Assembly (NCBI GenBank): GCA_964388035.1 | Contig: CAYLZE010000011.1 | Coordinates: forward strand, 21,329-85,328 | Direction: 5' to 3' | Origin: an uncultured archaeon | GTDB lineage: Archaea; Asgardarchaeota; Lokiarchaeia; Sigyniarchaeales; SOKP01 | DNA: 64,000 nucleotides | Shown: positions 48,608 to 59,227 of the stretch, piece after piece | Layout: every line of letters begins with the position of its first letter | Numbering within the stretch: position 1 is the first letter of the stretch | Translations under genes and position numbers: made by a program | The notes under the pieces: model-generated | Database searches by the model: none | Seen by the model: only the letters and a program-made list of their open reading frames with translations | What the model was told of the DNA's origin: nothing

Positions 48608-50539
48608 TTATTTGCGGTTAATCCAGACCGTCATTTCACCCATTCCTCGATGTGCCCAAGCATAGTAGGGAATAGCTTTAAAAGTATATTCTTTATTTAA
48701 GTTTCCTTTTTCCTCACAATTTACTTTTCCATTAATAGTAACCAAGCCATTGAGTAAATCTTCCTGATATTGAGAGTTTAAATCCGTGGTGTCCTTCAAT
48801 GTTATATTTTTAAAATCATGAAATTCGTTATCCGGCCATTCCATGCAATATACAAGAGGGCCTCGTTCCAAAGCAACCTTTCCAAAATTTTCTTTCACGT
48901 TTTCATGTGAGATTATTCTCCTTATTGGCATTGGTATAATTAGCTCGACTTCATCATCATTTTTCCATTCTCGTGTTATTATAGCATAACCTTTCTGCAT
49001 CTTGTAATCAATATTTTCGCCATTTACTCTTAACGTCACGTCTTGATTTAAATTATCCACGTATTTGTATAAATCACTTGGTACGGGTACATTTCTAGCC
49101 CATCCCGGAATTCGCAGAGCAAGATTAAATTCTTTCTCCTCCTGGGAACCAATCTTTACGTTTATTTTACCTGACCAAGGATAGTCGGTTTCTTGAATTA
49201 CGGATAAAGAGAATCCATTTAACTGCACTGTAGCTTTACTACTCGCATACAAGTTAATATATAAAGTACTCTCATTAACAGCATAAAGGTATCCTGAAAT
49301 TGTAGGAATGAATCGGGCAATGTTTGATGGACAACAAGCAACAGAATACCAGAGGTTTCTTTTTTGTAGTCCATCAGAAAATAATGGATTCGTGTAAAAA
49401 AAGCGTTTTCCATCTAATGCATATCCTGCAAGCAAACCATTGTATAAAGTGCGTTCCAAAACATCCATGTATCGGGAATCTCCCTTTAATAAGAATAGAC
49501 GATAATTCCAAAGGACATTAGCAATTGCAGCACACGTCTCGGTATATGCTCCAAGATTAGGTAATTCATATGCGATTCCAATTGCTTCTCCACTAGTTTT
49601 ATTACCAATGCCTCCAGTGAGATACATCTTTTTTGAAACAAGATCATCCCATAATCGATCAATAGCAGCAAGATAGGCATTATTATTAGTTAAAACTCCC
49701 ACATCCACCATGGCACAATACATGTATAACGCTCGAACAGCATGACCAATTGCTTCTGATTGATCAATTACTTTATCGTGAGTTTGATTATATTTAAACC
49801 GATCCTCTCCTTTCCAAGGCATTTTATCGATTGAATTCTTGACGTATTCTTGATATCCTTTTCCATTTTTATCTCCTCGAATATCTAAAAAAAATTTGGC
49901 TAAATCAAGATATTTTTGCTCTCCGGTTAGTCGAAATAATCTTATTAATCCAATCTCTATCTCCTGATGTCCCGGAGGACTTTCAATTTTTCCATAACCA
50001 AAATCCCTTTCTACTAAATCAGCATTCTTAATTGCTACATTTAAAAATTTTCTTTTTCCCGTAGCTTCATGATGAGCGGCAGCACTTTCATATAAGTGCC
50101 CCACATTATATAATTCATGACTAAAAATGGATGTTAATTCCCACCTTTTTTTTCCTATCCAAGGTTGGGCATCTTCAGAACTAAATGCCCGAAATGTATA
50201 TAAATACCCATCATTTTCTTGAGCTGCTGCAATTTTATCTATTATTTGATCCAACTGCTCCTCTAGAATCGAGTCTGGATGGATTTTAAGGGCATTTGCC
50301 ACACCCTCTAAGATTTTAAACACGTCAGAATCGTCAAAAGGAAATTTCGAGGTTTTCCCTTTCTCCATCAAACCCCCAGCAATTGTAAAATTATCAATAC
50401 GATGCGTGCTTTGGCACTTTTTTAATACATGGGGGATGGTTATCTTTCGATGGATTTCTATTCTTGGCGCCCAGAATTGGTCGGTTATCTCAACCAAATT
50501 AAAAGGTATGGAATTTATGGAGTAATCTGAATTCTTCAT
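48608..50539 (-). CDS. glycoside hydrolase family 127 (beta-L-arabinofuranosidase-like)
   Basis: FDDSDVFK, HELYNVGH, GHQEIE, GHAVRA, YTETCA, FFYTNPL, ACCPSN, IPYYAWAHRG; likely start ATG 50539. Confidence 0.93.
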   Translation of the reverse strand: MKNSDYSINSIPFNLVEITDQFWAPRIEIHRKITIPHVLKKCQSTHRIDNFTIAGGLMEKGKTSKFPFDDSDVFKILEGVANALKIHPDSILEEQLDQIIDKIAAAQENDGYLYTFRAFSSEDAQPWIGKKRWELTSIFSHELYNVGHLYESAAAHHEATGKRKFLNVAIKNADLVERDFGYGKIESPPGHQEIEIGLIRLFRLTGEQKYLDLAKFFLDIRGDKNGKGYQEYVKNSIDKMPWKGEDRFKYNQTHDKVIDQSEAIGHAVRALYMYCAMVDVGVLTNNNAYLAAIDRLWDDLVSKKMYLTGGIGNKTSGEAIGIAYELPNLGAYTETCAAIANVLWNYRLFLLKGDSRYMDVLERTLYNGLLAGYALDGKRFFYTNPLFSDGLQKRNLWYSVACCPSNIARFIPTISGYLYAVNESTLYINLYASSKATVQLNGFSLSVIQETDYPWSGKINVKIGSQEEKEFNLALRIPGWARNVPVPSDLYKYVDNLNQDVTLRVNGENIDYKMQKGYAIITREWKNDDEVELIIPMPIRRIISHENVKENFGKVALERGPLVYCMEWPDNEFHDFKNITLKDTTDLNSQYQEDLLNGLVTINGKVNCEEKGNLNKEYTFKAIPYYAWAHRGMGEMTVWINRK

Positions 50540-50755
50540 TTTCTTTAAATAAATTGTATATAAAGTGTTTAAAACACAAAATATTATATATTTATTATTT
50601 GTTGCTATCCTCATTACTTTCAATTTTAAAAGTCATGGATCAAATAAGAGCCAAGTTAACGGGGTCAATTGATTTACATGTACCTAAGTTTAAATTGCGG
50701 AAAACATTTCATTTTGTAAATTTAATAAACAGTTTTAATCCGTGTATTCTTCATC

Positions 50756-52129
50756 ATGGTTGAATATTCCACAATTCTCTCGATGGCAGTTTTCCTTTTT
50801 GTAATTCTATTGATATTATTAGGTTTTAAATCATCAAATGCTAATAGATATATAAAACTCATATGCGATTATAGCATAGTTCCATTAATAGGAGTCCTAA
50901 TTCTATTAATTACATTCACGATAAATTTTAAAGATCTAATTGAGGGGATTATCGGGTCGGAAAGGATCAAACCTTATGCAATTATTATTTTATTCATGTC
51001 TTTAGCTTATCTCTGTATATCTATTGATTTAACTGGCTTTTTTGAATTTTTAGCCTTAAAAGTAGCTTTATCGGCGGGCAATTCTGGGAGAAAACTATTT
51101 ATTTATTTTTTCATTTTTAGCAGTATTTTAACTGTTTTTACCTCGAACGATATAGTAATTCTCACGATTACCCCAATCGTAATTTATTTCACCAAATATG
51201 CAAAAGTAAATCCCATTCCTTATTTAATAGCTCAGTTTTTCGCGGCCAATATTTGGAGCCTTACCCTTTATATTGGTAATCCAACAAACATAATAGTAGC
51301 AGAAGCGTATGGATTTACATTTCTTAATTATTCTTTTTGGATGCTTTTACCCACAGTAAGCGCGGGTATAACCTGTTTAATACTATTACTAGTGCTTTTT
51401 AGAAAGGAAATACCTTCAATCATCGAAATTCAAAATATTGATCCTCATTCTGTTCTAAAAGATAAAAATGGTGCTCTATTCGGAATAATTTGTTTGATAT
51501 CATGCTTAATTTTATTATCTCTCTCTCCTTGGATAGGATTGAGCCTATGGCAAATTACCCTCTCTTTTGCATTTATCATGGTATGTCGTAATTTAATTAG
51601 GGATCTACTTTTAAAAAAAAGAAATGATAATCGAACGGATTTTTTCTTTAAAAGTAGCATGAATAGAATGCCTTGGAAAATAATGTCTTTTGTGTTAAGC
51701 ATGTTTATCCTTGTGGAAGCCCTAACATTAACTGGTTGGGTTGACTTATTAGCTTCTTTAATTACGATAGTTTCCTTCAATTATATATCGACTGTTTTTT
51801 TTATTACTTTTATTTCCGCATTAGCTTGTAATATAATGAATAATCAACCTATGACCATTTTGTTCACTCAAATATTATTTAATGATGCTTTTGCAACTTC
51901 AAATTCAATAAGATTTGCTGCGTTGTTAGCATTAATCATGGGAAGTAATTTTGGGGCTAATTTGACGTTGATTGGAGCATTAGCAGGTATAATGTGGCAA
52001 AAAATTGCCGCTGATAAAGATATTGAAATCAAATTTATACAATTTTCTAAATATGGATTCTCAATAATGCCCTTAGTGATGTCAGTCGCTTGCATTGTAA
52101 TGACAATTGAGTTAACATTTTGGCTTTAG
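50756..52129 (+). CDS. ArsB/NhaD (IT superfamily) transporter
   Basis: GFFEFLA, FTSNDIVILTITP, GNPTNI, MNNQP, GSNFGANLTLIGALAG. Confidence 0.88.
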   Translation: MVEYSTILSMAVFLFVILLILLGFKSSNANRYIKLICDYSIVPLIGVLILLITFTINFKDLIEGIIGSERIKPYAIIILFMSLAYLCISIDLTGFFEFLALKVALSAGNSGRKLFIYFFIFSSILTVFTSNDIVILTITPIVIYFTKYAKVNPIPYLIAQFFAANIWSLTLYIGNPTNIIVAEAYGFTFLNYSFWMLLPTVSAGITCLILLLVLFRKEIPSIIEIQNIDPHSVLKDKNGALFGIICLISCLILLSLSPWIGLSLWQITLSFAFIMVCRNLIRDLLLKKRNDNRTDFFFKSSMNRMPWKIMSFVLSMFILVEALTLTGWVDLLASLITIVSFNYISTVFFITFISALACNIMNNQPMTILFTQILFNDAFATSNSIRFAALLALIMGSNFGANLTLIGALAGIMWQKIAADKDIEIKFIQFSKYGFSIMPLVMSVACIVMTIELTFWL

Positions 52130-52342
52130 AACGGGTTATAGTGATATTCTAGCTTTAATTTTTATCATTAGTTTTTATGGGTGAAAATTATTTTTTACTA
52201 AAATTAACAGAAATGCACATGACCATTAAACCACTGATAGTCTTATACTTTTAAAAACTACCTCTCTCTCCTTATTTATAAAGAATTTACCAAAATTATT
52301 AGTATCCTTCGATTTTTAAAAAAAATATTTTTCTTGCTTTCA

Positions 52343-53632
52343 ATGCCCTCAACTCTAGAAAAAATACGCATCTTAGGAGCAAATTCAAAATATGATATTT
52401 GTGCAAGTACTTCTTCAAGTCGAACGGAAAAATACCCCGAGCTTTTTGGAAATTCGAAAAAATGGGTTGGGAATACTCTAAGTGCGGGTATTTGTCACAG
52501 CTATACCCCAGACGGGCGATGCATGAGTCTATTTAAAACTCTTTTTACCAATAAATGTATCTATAATTGTAAATATTGCTTCTCCAATACTTGTAAATTG
52601 CGCACGAGTTTCACTCCCGAAGAATATGCCCGGACCTTCATGAAACTCTATTCCATGAACGTGGTAGAAGGCATATTCATTTCTTCGGGTGTATGCGGTA
52701 GTGCTGACCAGACGACTAAACAAATGCTAGAAGCAGTGAGACAATTACGATTTAGATATAAGTTTCGGGGATACATCCATTTTAAATGCCTTCCCGGTGT
52801 TTCTCAATATCTTCTTAAGGAAGCAATAATGCTTTCTGACCGCGTATCTGTCAATTTAGAAGCGTCTACCAAACAATTTCTATCTGAAATTGCCGATCAA
52901 AAAAATTATGTCAATGATCTCATAATGCGGCAAAAATGGCTCAAAGAATTAAGGATTAAACACAATGAAGCTGCTTTAAAAGAAATAAAAGATTTAAAAG
53001 AGGATAAAAAATTAGAGAATGCCGAATACAGGATAAAAAGTCATGGGAAGAATGGATATAAAAAGTTTCGATGGGACGGAGCCCCAATTTTAAATGGGGG
53101 TCAAACAACTCAATTTGTGGTGGGCGCAGCAGAAGATGAAACGGATTGGGATCTATTAAAAAGAATTGATTGGCAATATCGATCGGTCGATTTAAGGCGA
53201 GCATATTTTTCATCTTTTATCCCAATTGAGGGTACTCCATTAGAGCATAATAAACCTGCTCCTTTAGCAAGGGAACATCGTTTATATCAAACGGATTGGT
53301 TGCTAAGAATTTATCATTATAAATTAGATGAAGTAAAAGATATTTTAAATGAAGAGGGAAATCTTCCGAAAGGAGATCCTAAAGTTCATTTTGCTAATCT
53401 GTATTTTAAAGAACATGATTATATTGACCCAAATCAAGCACCTTACCATGAGTTGATCAAGGTACCCGGTATCGGTCCCACGTCTGCTAAACGCATTATT
53501 AATTTGAGAGCAAAAAAATTTAAATTTAGGAGGAGAGAACAGTTAAAATCAGTCGGAGTAGTTTTAAAGAGAGCTGATCCTTTCCTATTATTCAATGGTC
53601 AGAAGCAAGGAACGATTGATACCTTTTTGTAA
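52343..53632 (+). CDS. putative DNA modification/repair radical SAM protein (TIGR03916-like) with C-terminal HhH
   Basis: GICHSYTPDGRC.SLFKTL.TNKCIYNCKYC, REHRLYQTDWLLR, VPGIGPTSA. Confidence 0.9.
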   Translation: MPSTLEKIRILGANSKYDICASTSSSRTEKYPELFGNSKKWVGNTLSAGICHSYTPDGRCMSLFKTLFTNKCIYNCKYCFSNTCKLRTSFTPEEYARTFMKLYSMNVVEGIFISSGVCGSADQTTKQMLEAVRQLRFRYKFRGYIHFKCLPGVSQYLLKEAIMLSDRVSVNLEASTKQFLSEIADQKNYVNDLIMRQKWLKELRIKHNEAALKEIKDLKEDKKLENAEYRIKSHGKNGYKKFRWDGAPILNGGQTTQFVVGAAEDETDWDLLKRIDWQYRSVDLRRAYFSSFIPIEGTPLEHNKPAPLAREHRLYQTDWLLRIYHYKLDEVKDILNEEGNLPKGDPKVHFANLYFKEHDYIDPNQAPYHELIKVPGIGPTSAKRIINLRAKKFKFRRREQLKSVGVVLKRADPFLLFNGQKQGTIDTFL

Positions 53633-53679
53633 AGAAAATCTTGATTTTATAATGTAGAAAATCTAAGAGGAGATTCAAA

Positions 53680-54354
53680 ATTAAAAATGAAAAAAACAAT
53701 ACAAAGGACCCCTTAGAGGTATTAGACCGCTCAAAAGGATATTCAAAAGAGGAACTAATAAAAAATTTGCCCAGACATTGTAATTTTAACCCAAAGTATT
53801 TAAAATTGGTTCATGAACTTGATGAAGTGGTACTTCGAAATTTAGGGAACACTCCAGCGAAAAGAATCATCCAAATGATAAAAGAAGTGTATAAAGAAGC
53901 TTACAGAGCCAAGCAATTCACGCGTACCGAGATTAACGATCGAGGTATCCTATATGGTGTGGTAAACCTAAAACATCGAGTAATGGATCTTGTTTTATTA
54001 TATTTTCATGACAGATGGCCACAATGCGTGATTTGTTTATATAATGAGTATGATGATTCGACAGGAATAATAGATGAGATGGGTATTATTAAACAAGTGA
54101 AGGAACCACTTAAAAAAGTAATTGATCAAATAAGCATAAATCGCCCTCTTGTTCCATATTTTAATGACATTCAATTTTCGGGAAAAGAAATCTTCGAAAC
54201 ATTATATAAAACGCAGAATATCAAGGAGCGTGAAAATCCCCATTTTTTTAAACAAATGATTCCCGACAAATGTTTTGATCTCCCGGGGTTAAGAAATGGG
54301 GTAGAAAAAAATTATTCTCTAAAAAATAAAAAGATTGATGAATATTTCAAATAA
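53680..54354 (+). CDS. DUF4130 / TIGR03915-like DNA metabolism protein (start uncertain)
   Basis: EAYRAKQFTR, HRVMDLVLLYFHDRWP, YKTQNIKERENP...QMIP; follows the radical SAM gene; frame open from 53653. Confidence 0.78.
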   Translation: MKNEKNNTKDPLEVLDRSKGYSKEELIKNLPRHCNFNPKYLKLVHELDEVVLRNLGNTPAKRIIQMIKEVYKEAYRAKQFTRTEINDRGILYGVVNLKHRVMDLVLLYFHDRWPQCVICLYNEYDDSTGIIDEMGIIKQVKEPLKKVIDQISINRPLVPYFNDIQFSGKEIFETLYKTQNIKERENPHFFKQMIPDKCFDLPGLRNGVEKNYSLKNKKIDEYFK

Positions 54355-54408
54355 TAATTTTTTAAATATTTAAAAAGTTATATACGAGTTAGCACTTAAT
54401 TTACTGAT

Positions 54409-55284
54409 TTAATCCTGCTTGTTAAATAGGAGAATTTTTAAGAAAGATTTTAACTTTTTGGGTTTTACAAAGAAAGCAGGCACTTTTTTCCTGTACTCAT
54501 TATAAGAATCTCCAAATCTTTGAATTAATTCCTTCTCTTCCACAAAATGAACATGAATATAGAATATGATGTAATAGATAATGAAATCAATGATAGAATA
54601 GAGATTCAATTGGAGTATCATTCCTCCAAAGCATAATACTATCAAAGCAGCGTAAGTAGGATGTCTAAGAAGGTTATATATTTCGTGGTCTTGGAGCTCA
54701 CTCTCTTCTGGAAAGTAGAGATATAAAACCACCATGTAATCAAAGCCGAAAATGGTGAAAGATCTATAGAACATTAAAAAAGCGATCATCAGGAAAAAAA
54801 AACCGATTAAAATTCGAATGAGAAAAAATATCGAGGATCCGAAAACAATATAATTAGTCAAGGAATTTGATAAAATGATATAGAGATATGGAGAATTAAT
54901 GGAGTCATTCCAAATAAAATTTGAAAGGTAATTATGAATTGGAATGCTTATAAGGAGAACGATACCAGCAAAACCTACCAAGAATATTTTTTGATAAGCA
55001 AGCTCTCCATATTTAGCTTTTAATCGATTTCGATAATACCACATTTGATATACCAAAATTAATCCTAATAATCCTATTAAAAGCACCCCAAATACAGGTA
55101 AAAGAGCCAGTATATAATTATTCCCTCCCGAAGCGGGAATTTGGGAAGGTAAACGGTCAAACGTAAGCTGTATAAAAATACTGGTGAAGATTACAACTAT
55201 TATATAGATGGGGAATAAAATTATTTTATTTCCGGAGAATTTAGGGATTTTAGCAAGGAATTTATCAATACCTTTTAATTTCAT
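54409..55284 (-). CDS. isoprenylcysteine carboxyl methyltransferase/PEMT family membrane protein
   Basis: IYNLLRHPTY, EEKELIQRFGDSYNEYRKKVP. Confidence 0.87.
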   Translation of the reverse strand: MKLKGIDKFLAKIPKFSGNKIILFPIYIIVVIFTSIFIQLTFDRLPSQIPASGGNNYILALLPVFGVLLIGLLGLILVYQMWYYRNRLKAKYGELAYQKIFLVGFAGIVLLISIPIHNYLSNFIWNDSINSPYLYIILSNSLTNYIVFGSSIFFLIRILIGFFFLMIAFLMFYRSFTIFGFDYMVVLYLYFPEESELQDHEIYNLLRHPTYAALIVLCFGGMILQLNLYSIIDFIIYYIIFYIHVHFVEEKELIQRFGDSYNEYRKKVPAFFVKPKKLKSFLKILLFNKQD

Positions 55285-55604
55285 TTTTTTTTTTAATTAA
55301 ATTATTATATTATATTCTTAGATTCTTCATTCATTGAAATAATTAAATCTTGATGGATCTTCAAGTATTCTTCCAATTTTGCATTCATAAAGTAGTTAAA
55401 TTACCCTAAGAAGCTAACTTATAATATTAATATTTTTCGCGTAATTTCATTACTCGATATAAAGCCAACATATTCTAATTCCCCTTTCAATTTTTTAACA
55501 TGTGGGAGTAAGCATGTAAAAATCATTAACCTAAAATAGATTACTACTTTTTTTAATTCGTTATTAATTAATTTACTATAATCTGAGACTTTTGGAGATT
55601 AATA

Positions 55605-56609
55605 TTGACAGTAATGGAGAAAGCTTTAATCTTCGAGATTCAAAAAATGTCCACTGAAGATGGACCCGGAATCCGTACCACTGTTTTCTTTAAACAGTGC
55701 CCGTTAAGATGCGCTTGGTGCCATAATCCTGAATCTATTTTTAAAAAGAAGCAATTAGAATGGTTCGAGCATAAATGTATCGGATGTAATACATGCATTC
55801 AAATATGCAAGAAAGAAGCATTACACTTTGAAGAAGATGGGTTACATATTGATCGAGAAAAATGTACAAATTGTGGCGACTGCGTGAAAGAATGTCCTAG
55901 TACCGCCTTGCACATGTTTGGAGAAGAATGGACACTGAAGGATTTATTTCATGAAGTAAATAAGGATAAAGTATATTATGTTCAATCTAAAGGGGGAATC
56001 ACGGTCTCAGGAGGCGAACCAACGATGCAACCAAATTTCATGCTTGACTTCTTAAAAGAATGCAAAGAAAATGAAATATCTACCGCGTTAGACACCTGCG
56101 GATATGCTTCTCGCAAAGTTTTTGAAAACCTTTTGCCCCACGTTGACCTTGTACTTTTAGATCTAAAAGAAATAGATTCTAAAAAACACCAAGAATTCAC
56201 CGGAGTTCCTAATGAATTAATATTGGAAAATGCGATTTGGATGGCAGATTATTTGGAAAAGAACAATAAAAAAATGTGGATTCGGACACCCATCATTCCC
56301 AAATTTACAGCTACAGAAGAAAACGTGAGGGGTATTGGTCAATTCATAGTTAATAAATTAAATAACTTTCCTGAAAGGTGGGATCTTCTAAGCTTTAACA
56401 ATTTATGCACTGCAAAGTACGAGAGATTAGACATGGATTGGTGTTTAAAGGATGAGCCCTTGATGAATAAGGAAGAAATAGAACACTTATACAACATCGC
56501 TAAAAGTACGGGAGTAAAGAATGTAAAGTGGTCTGGTTTAACTAAAAAACAAGATGTCAGTAATGATGATTCAGATGAAAAAATGGGGAATAAATTATCT
56601 TGTTGTTGA
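55605..56609 (+). CDS. glycyl-radical enzyme activating protein (radical SAM with 2x4Fe-4S insert)
   Basis: DGPGIRTTVFFKQCPLRCAWCHNPES, CIGCNTCIQIC/CTNCGDCVKECP, GGITVSGGEP. Confidence 0.94.
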   Translation: MTVMEKALIFEIQKMSTEDGPGIRTTVFFKQCPLRCAWCHNPESIFKKKQLEWFEHKCIGCNTCIQICKKEALHFEEDGLHIDREKCTNCGDCVKECPSTALHMFGEEWTLKDLFHEVNKDKVYYVQSKGGITVSGGEPTMQPNFMLDFLKECKENEISTALDTCGYASRKVFENLLPHVDLVLLDLKEIDSKKHQEFTGVPNELILENAIWMADYLEKNNKKMWIRTPIIPKFTATEENVRGIGQFIVNKLNNFPERWDLLSFNNLCTAKYERLDMDWCLKDEPLMNKEEIEHLYNIAKSTGVKNVKWSGLTKKQDVSNDDSDEKMGNKLSCC

Positions 56610-56705
56610 AGGTTTTAAATTCTTTATTAAAAATATTTTATTATTACCCCTTAATTTATTCTCTAATTCGATTTTTCTATTAGATATTGAAAAGAGGTAT
56701 TTGAT

Positions 56706-58112
56706 TTGACTGATTTAACGTTATCAAAAGAGGAAATGAAACGTATAGGGTATAAAGTTATTGATATGATCGTCGATCATCTAGATAGTTTGAGAGAAAA
56801 ACCCGTCACCAATTTTGGTTCCCGAACTGAAATGGAAAATTTGCTTCGAGAGCCCATTCCTCTTAATGGAATGAGTGCCGATATGCTTTTAGATGAAGTA
56901 GAAAAGAAAATTTTAAACAAAACCATGTTTTTAAATCATCCTAGATTTTTTGCCTTTATCCCAAGTCCAAGCAATTTTATCAGCATGATAGCAGATTGCA
57001 TGGTATCAGCTTTTAATCCTTTTGCGGGCACGTGGTTGGAAAGTTCTTCTTCAGCAGAAATTGAGTTAATAACAATCGATTGGCTTAAAAAAATTTTAGA
57101 TTTACCACCAACTGCAGGGGGAATTTTTGTAAGTGGAGGATCAACCGCAAATTTATTAGGGTTGGAAGTCGCAAAAAATGTCAAGCTTAATAATAGAGTT
57201 GACAAATCGGTAATTTATTTCGCCGATCAAACGCACTCCTCTGTAAAAAGAGCCCTGAAAATCATCGGTTTTAATGAAGAAAACATTCATAAGATTTCCT
57301 CGACGGAAAATTACACCCTTTCAATAGAAGAACTAATTGATAGTATAATACTTGATAAAAAAAGAGGATTGAAGCCTTTTTGCATTATCGCAAATGCAGG
57401 AAGTACCAATACGGGTTCAATCGATCCATTAATTGATTTATATAATATCAGCAGAAAAGAAGACATGTGGTTGCATGTAGATGGAGCTTATGGAGCTGCC
57501 GCCTATTTAACTCCCAATGGAAAAGAACTTTTAAATGGAATGAATTTAGCAGATTCCTTGACAATTGATCCCCATAAATGGTGGTTTCAACCTTATGAAA
57601 CAAGTTGTATTTTTGTTCGTGAAGCACATTTCATGAAAGATACTTTTCAGATCTTACCAGAATATTTAAGAGACCACGATAGAGAAGGGGAAGAAGTAAA
57701 TTTTTGCGATTATGGCCACCAGTTAACTAGGAGATTTCGAGCTTTAAAATTGTGGATGTCCTTTAAATATTTTGGATTAAAGGCTTTTAGGAATGCAATT
57801 TTGAAAGGAATTCATTTAGCTGAATATGCCGAAAGTTTTGTTAAATCGAAAAGCGAACTTGAATTGATCACTCCCGCTCAATTAGGCATTTTAACATTTC
57901 GTTTTATAAGGAAAAATATTAAAATTAATGGACTGAACAAGATTAATTCGGAAATAATTAATAGATTAGTAAAGGATGGGTATGCCATGATTAGCTCAAC
58001 CGTATTAGGAAACAAAGTGGTATTAAGAATGTGCATTATAAATCCTCGAACAACAGAATCAGACATAGATAATACCATAAATAGAATAGTAGAACTAGGA
58101 GAAAACATATAA
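56706..58112 (+). CDS. group II PLP-dependent (aromatic) amino-acid decarboxylase
   Basis: HPRFFAFIP, SGGSTAN, HSS, WLHVDGAYG, DPHKW, RRFRALKLW. Confidence 0.92.
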   Translation: MTDLTLSKEEMKRIGYKVIDMIVDHLDSLREKPVTNFGSRTEMENLLREPIPLNGMSADMLLDEVEKKILNKTMFLNHPRFFAFIPSPSNFISMIADCMVSAFNPFAGTWLESSSSAEIELITIDWLKKILDLPPTAGGIFVSGGSTANLLGLEVAKNVKLNNRVDKSVIYFADQTHSSVKRALKIIGFNEENIHKISSTENYTLSIEELIDSIILDKKRGLKPFCIIANAGSTNTGSIDPLIDLYNISRKEDMWLHVDGAYGAAAYLTPNGKELLNGMNLADSLTIDPHKWWFQPYETSCIFVREAHFMKDTFQILPEYLRDHDREGEEVNFCDYGHQLTRRFRALKLWMSFKYFGLKAFRNAILKGIHLAEYAESFVKSKSELELITPAQLGILTFRFIRKNIKINGLNKINSEIINRLVKDGYAMISSTVLGNKVVLRMCIINPRTTESDIDNTINRIVELGENI

Positions 58113-58277
58113 ATCCATATTTACTTCCATTTAGATTACTCACTTTTATAAATAGAATCTCTATATTATAAGATCCTCAATATCAATATTTTTTAATTAT
58201 TTGATGTAATAATTATATTTAGATAGAAGCATTAAAGAGGATAATATTAAATTGAATTGAATTCCAGAGGAAAAAAA

Positions 58278-59162
58278 ATGGCAAATAATAAAGGGACTTC
58301 TCAATGGTTTTCCGAGGCTTCGGAAGAGGCCATTGAATTCACGCAACCAGATGTCATGTTGAAACTTGTTGCCACAATTGATGATAGAGGATTACCTCAT
58401 ATAACCATGATTTCCAGTAATAGAATCAACGCAAAAGATCAATTAGTTTGGGGCGCTTTTACTGAAGGGCAGAGCAAGAAAAATGTGATAAAAAGCAAGA
58501 AACAAGGGATTTTTTACATGACTGCAGAGATGCCGTTTAGATTTACTCAAGTCAAGGCTGATTATGATCATGCTAAAAAAGAGGGAGACGATTTGGAAAT
58601 TTTTAATAAATCCCAATTAATGAGATATTTCACGTACGTGCGAGTGCATACCGCTTACTATAGTAAAATAAAAGCGATAACTAAGGTAAGAAATTTGCCC
58701 CTTGGAGGCATAATGATGGGAATTATCAAAGATTTGGTCGCAAAAGGAGGAGCTAAAAGGGGATTGGATGAAGAAAGATTAAATATCATTGGATATAAAC
58801 TCTTTACCGCACCTATTGCTATAAGAGCTATTGCCTATATCGATCCTGAAGATGGCTATCCAGTTATTGTTCCGTGCATTCCATTACAGGCGGTGGATCG
58901 AAATAGACTTGTATTTCCCTTAAGTTCCTTAAAAAAAGATTTATTAAAAATCCCTGTAGGAGCTCAAGTGGCGGTATTTGGCATGAATTTTGATTTTGTT
59001 AATTTGGTCGTGAAGGGTCCTTACAAGGGGATCAAGAAGTATAGAGGGATTAAATTAGGTGTCATAGAAATTGAAGAAATTTATAACAGCGCGCCCCCTA
59101 TAAGTGGAGAAATTTATCCCAAGCTTGCTACTCGTCCAAAAGTCTCCAAATTTAATTATTAA
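58278..59162 (+). CDS. tandem pyridoxamine-5'-phosphate-oxidase-like (split barrel) protein
   Basis: KLVATIDDRGLPHIT and a second unit AIAYIDPEDGYPVIVP; likely start ATG 58278. Confidence 0.75.
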   Translation: MANNKGTSQWFSEASEEAIEFTQPDVMLKLVATIDDRGLPHITMISSNRINAKDQLVWGAFTEGQSKKNVIKSKKQGIFYMTAEMPFRFTQVKADYDHAKKEGDDLEIFNKSQLMRYFTYVRVHTAYYSKIKAITKVRNLPLGGIMMGIIKDLVAKGGAKRGLDEERLNIIGYKLFTAPIAIRAIAYIDPEDGYPVIVPCIPLQAVDRNRLVFPLSSLKKDLLKIPVGAQVAVFGMNFDFVNLVVKGPYKGIKKYRGIKLGVIEIEEIYNSAPPISGEIYPKLATRPKVSKFNY

Positions 59163-59227
59163 TACTTCTTTTTTTGTTTAATCATATCATGAACTTCCTT
59201 ATGTGAATCACTGAGGAGTCACTTCTG

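Noticed and set aside
55305-55388. 27-codon minus-strand ORF upstream of the ICMT-like gene
   Set aside because: Too short and motif-free to support
56595-56618. Activase ends in SCC-TGA: Rab-type CC prenylation motif next to an ICMT-like gene, or Sec read-through
   Set aside because: No prenyltransferase is in view, ICMT-like genes are common in prokaryotes, and read-through adds only 3 residues; probably coincidental or metal-binding
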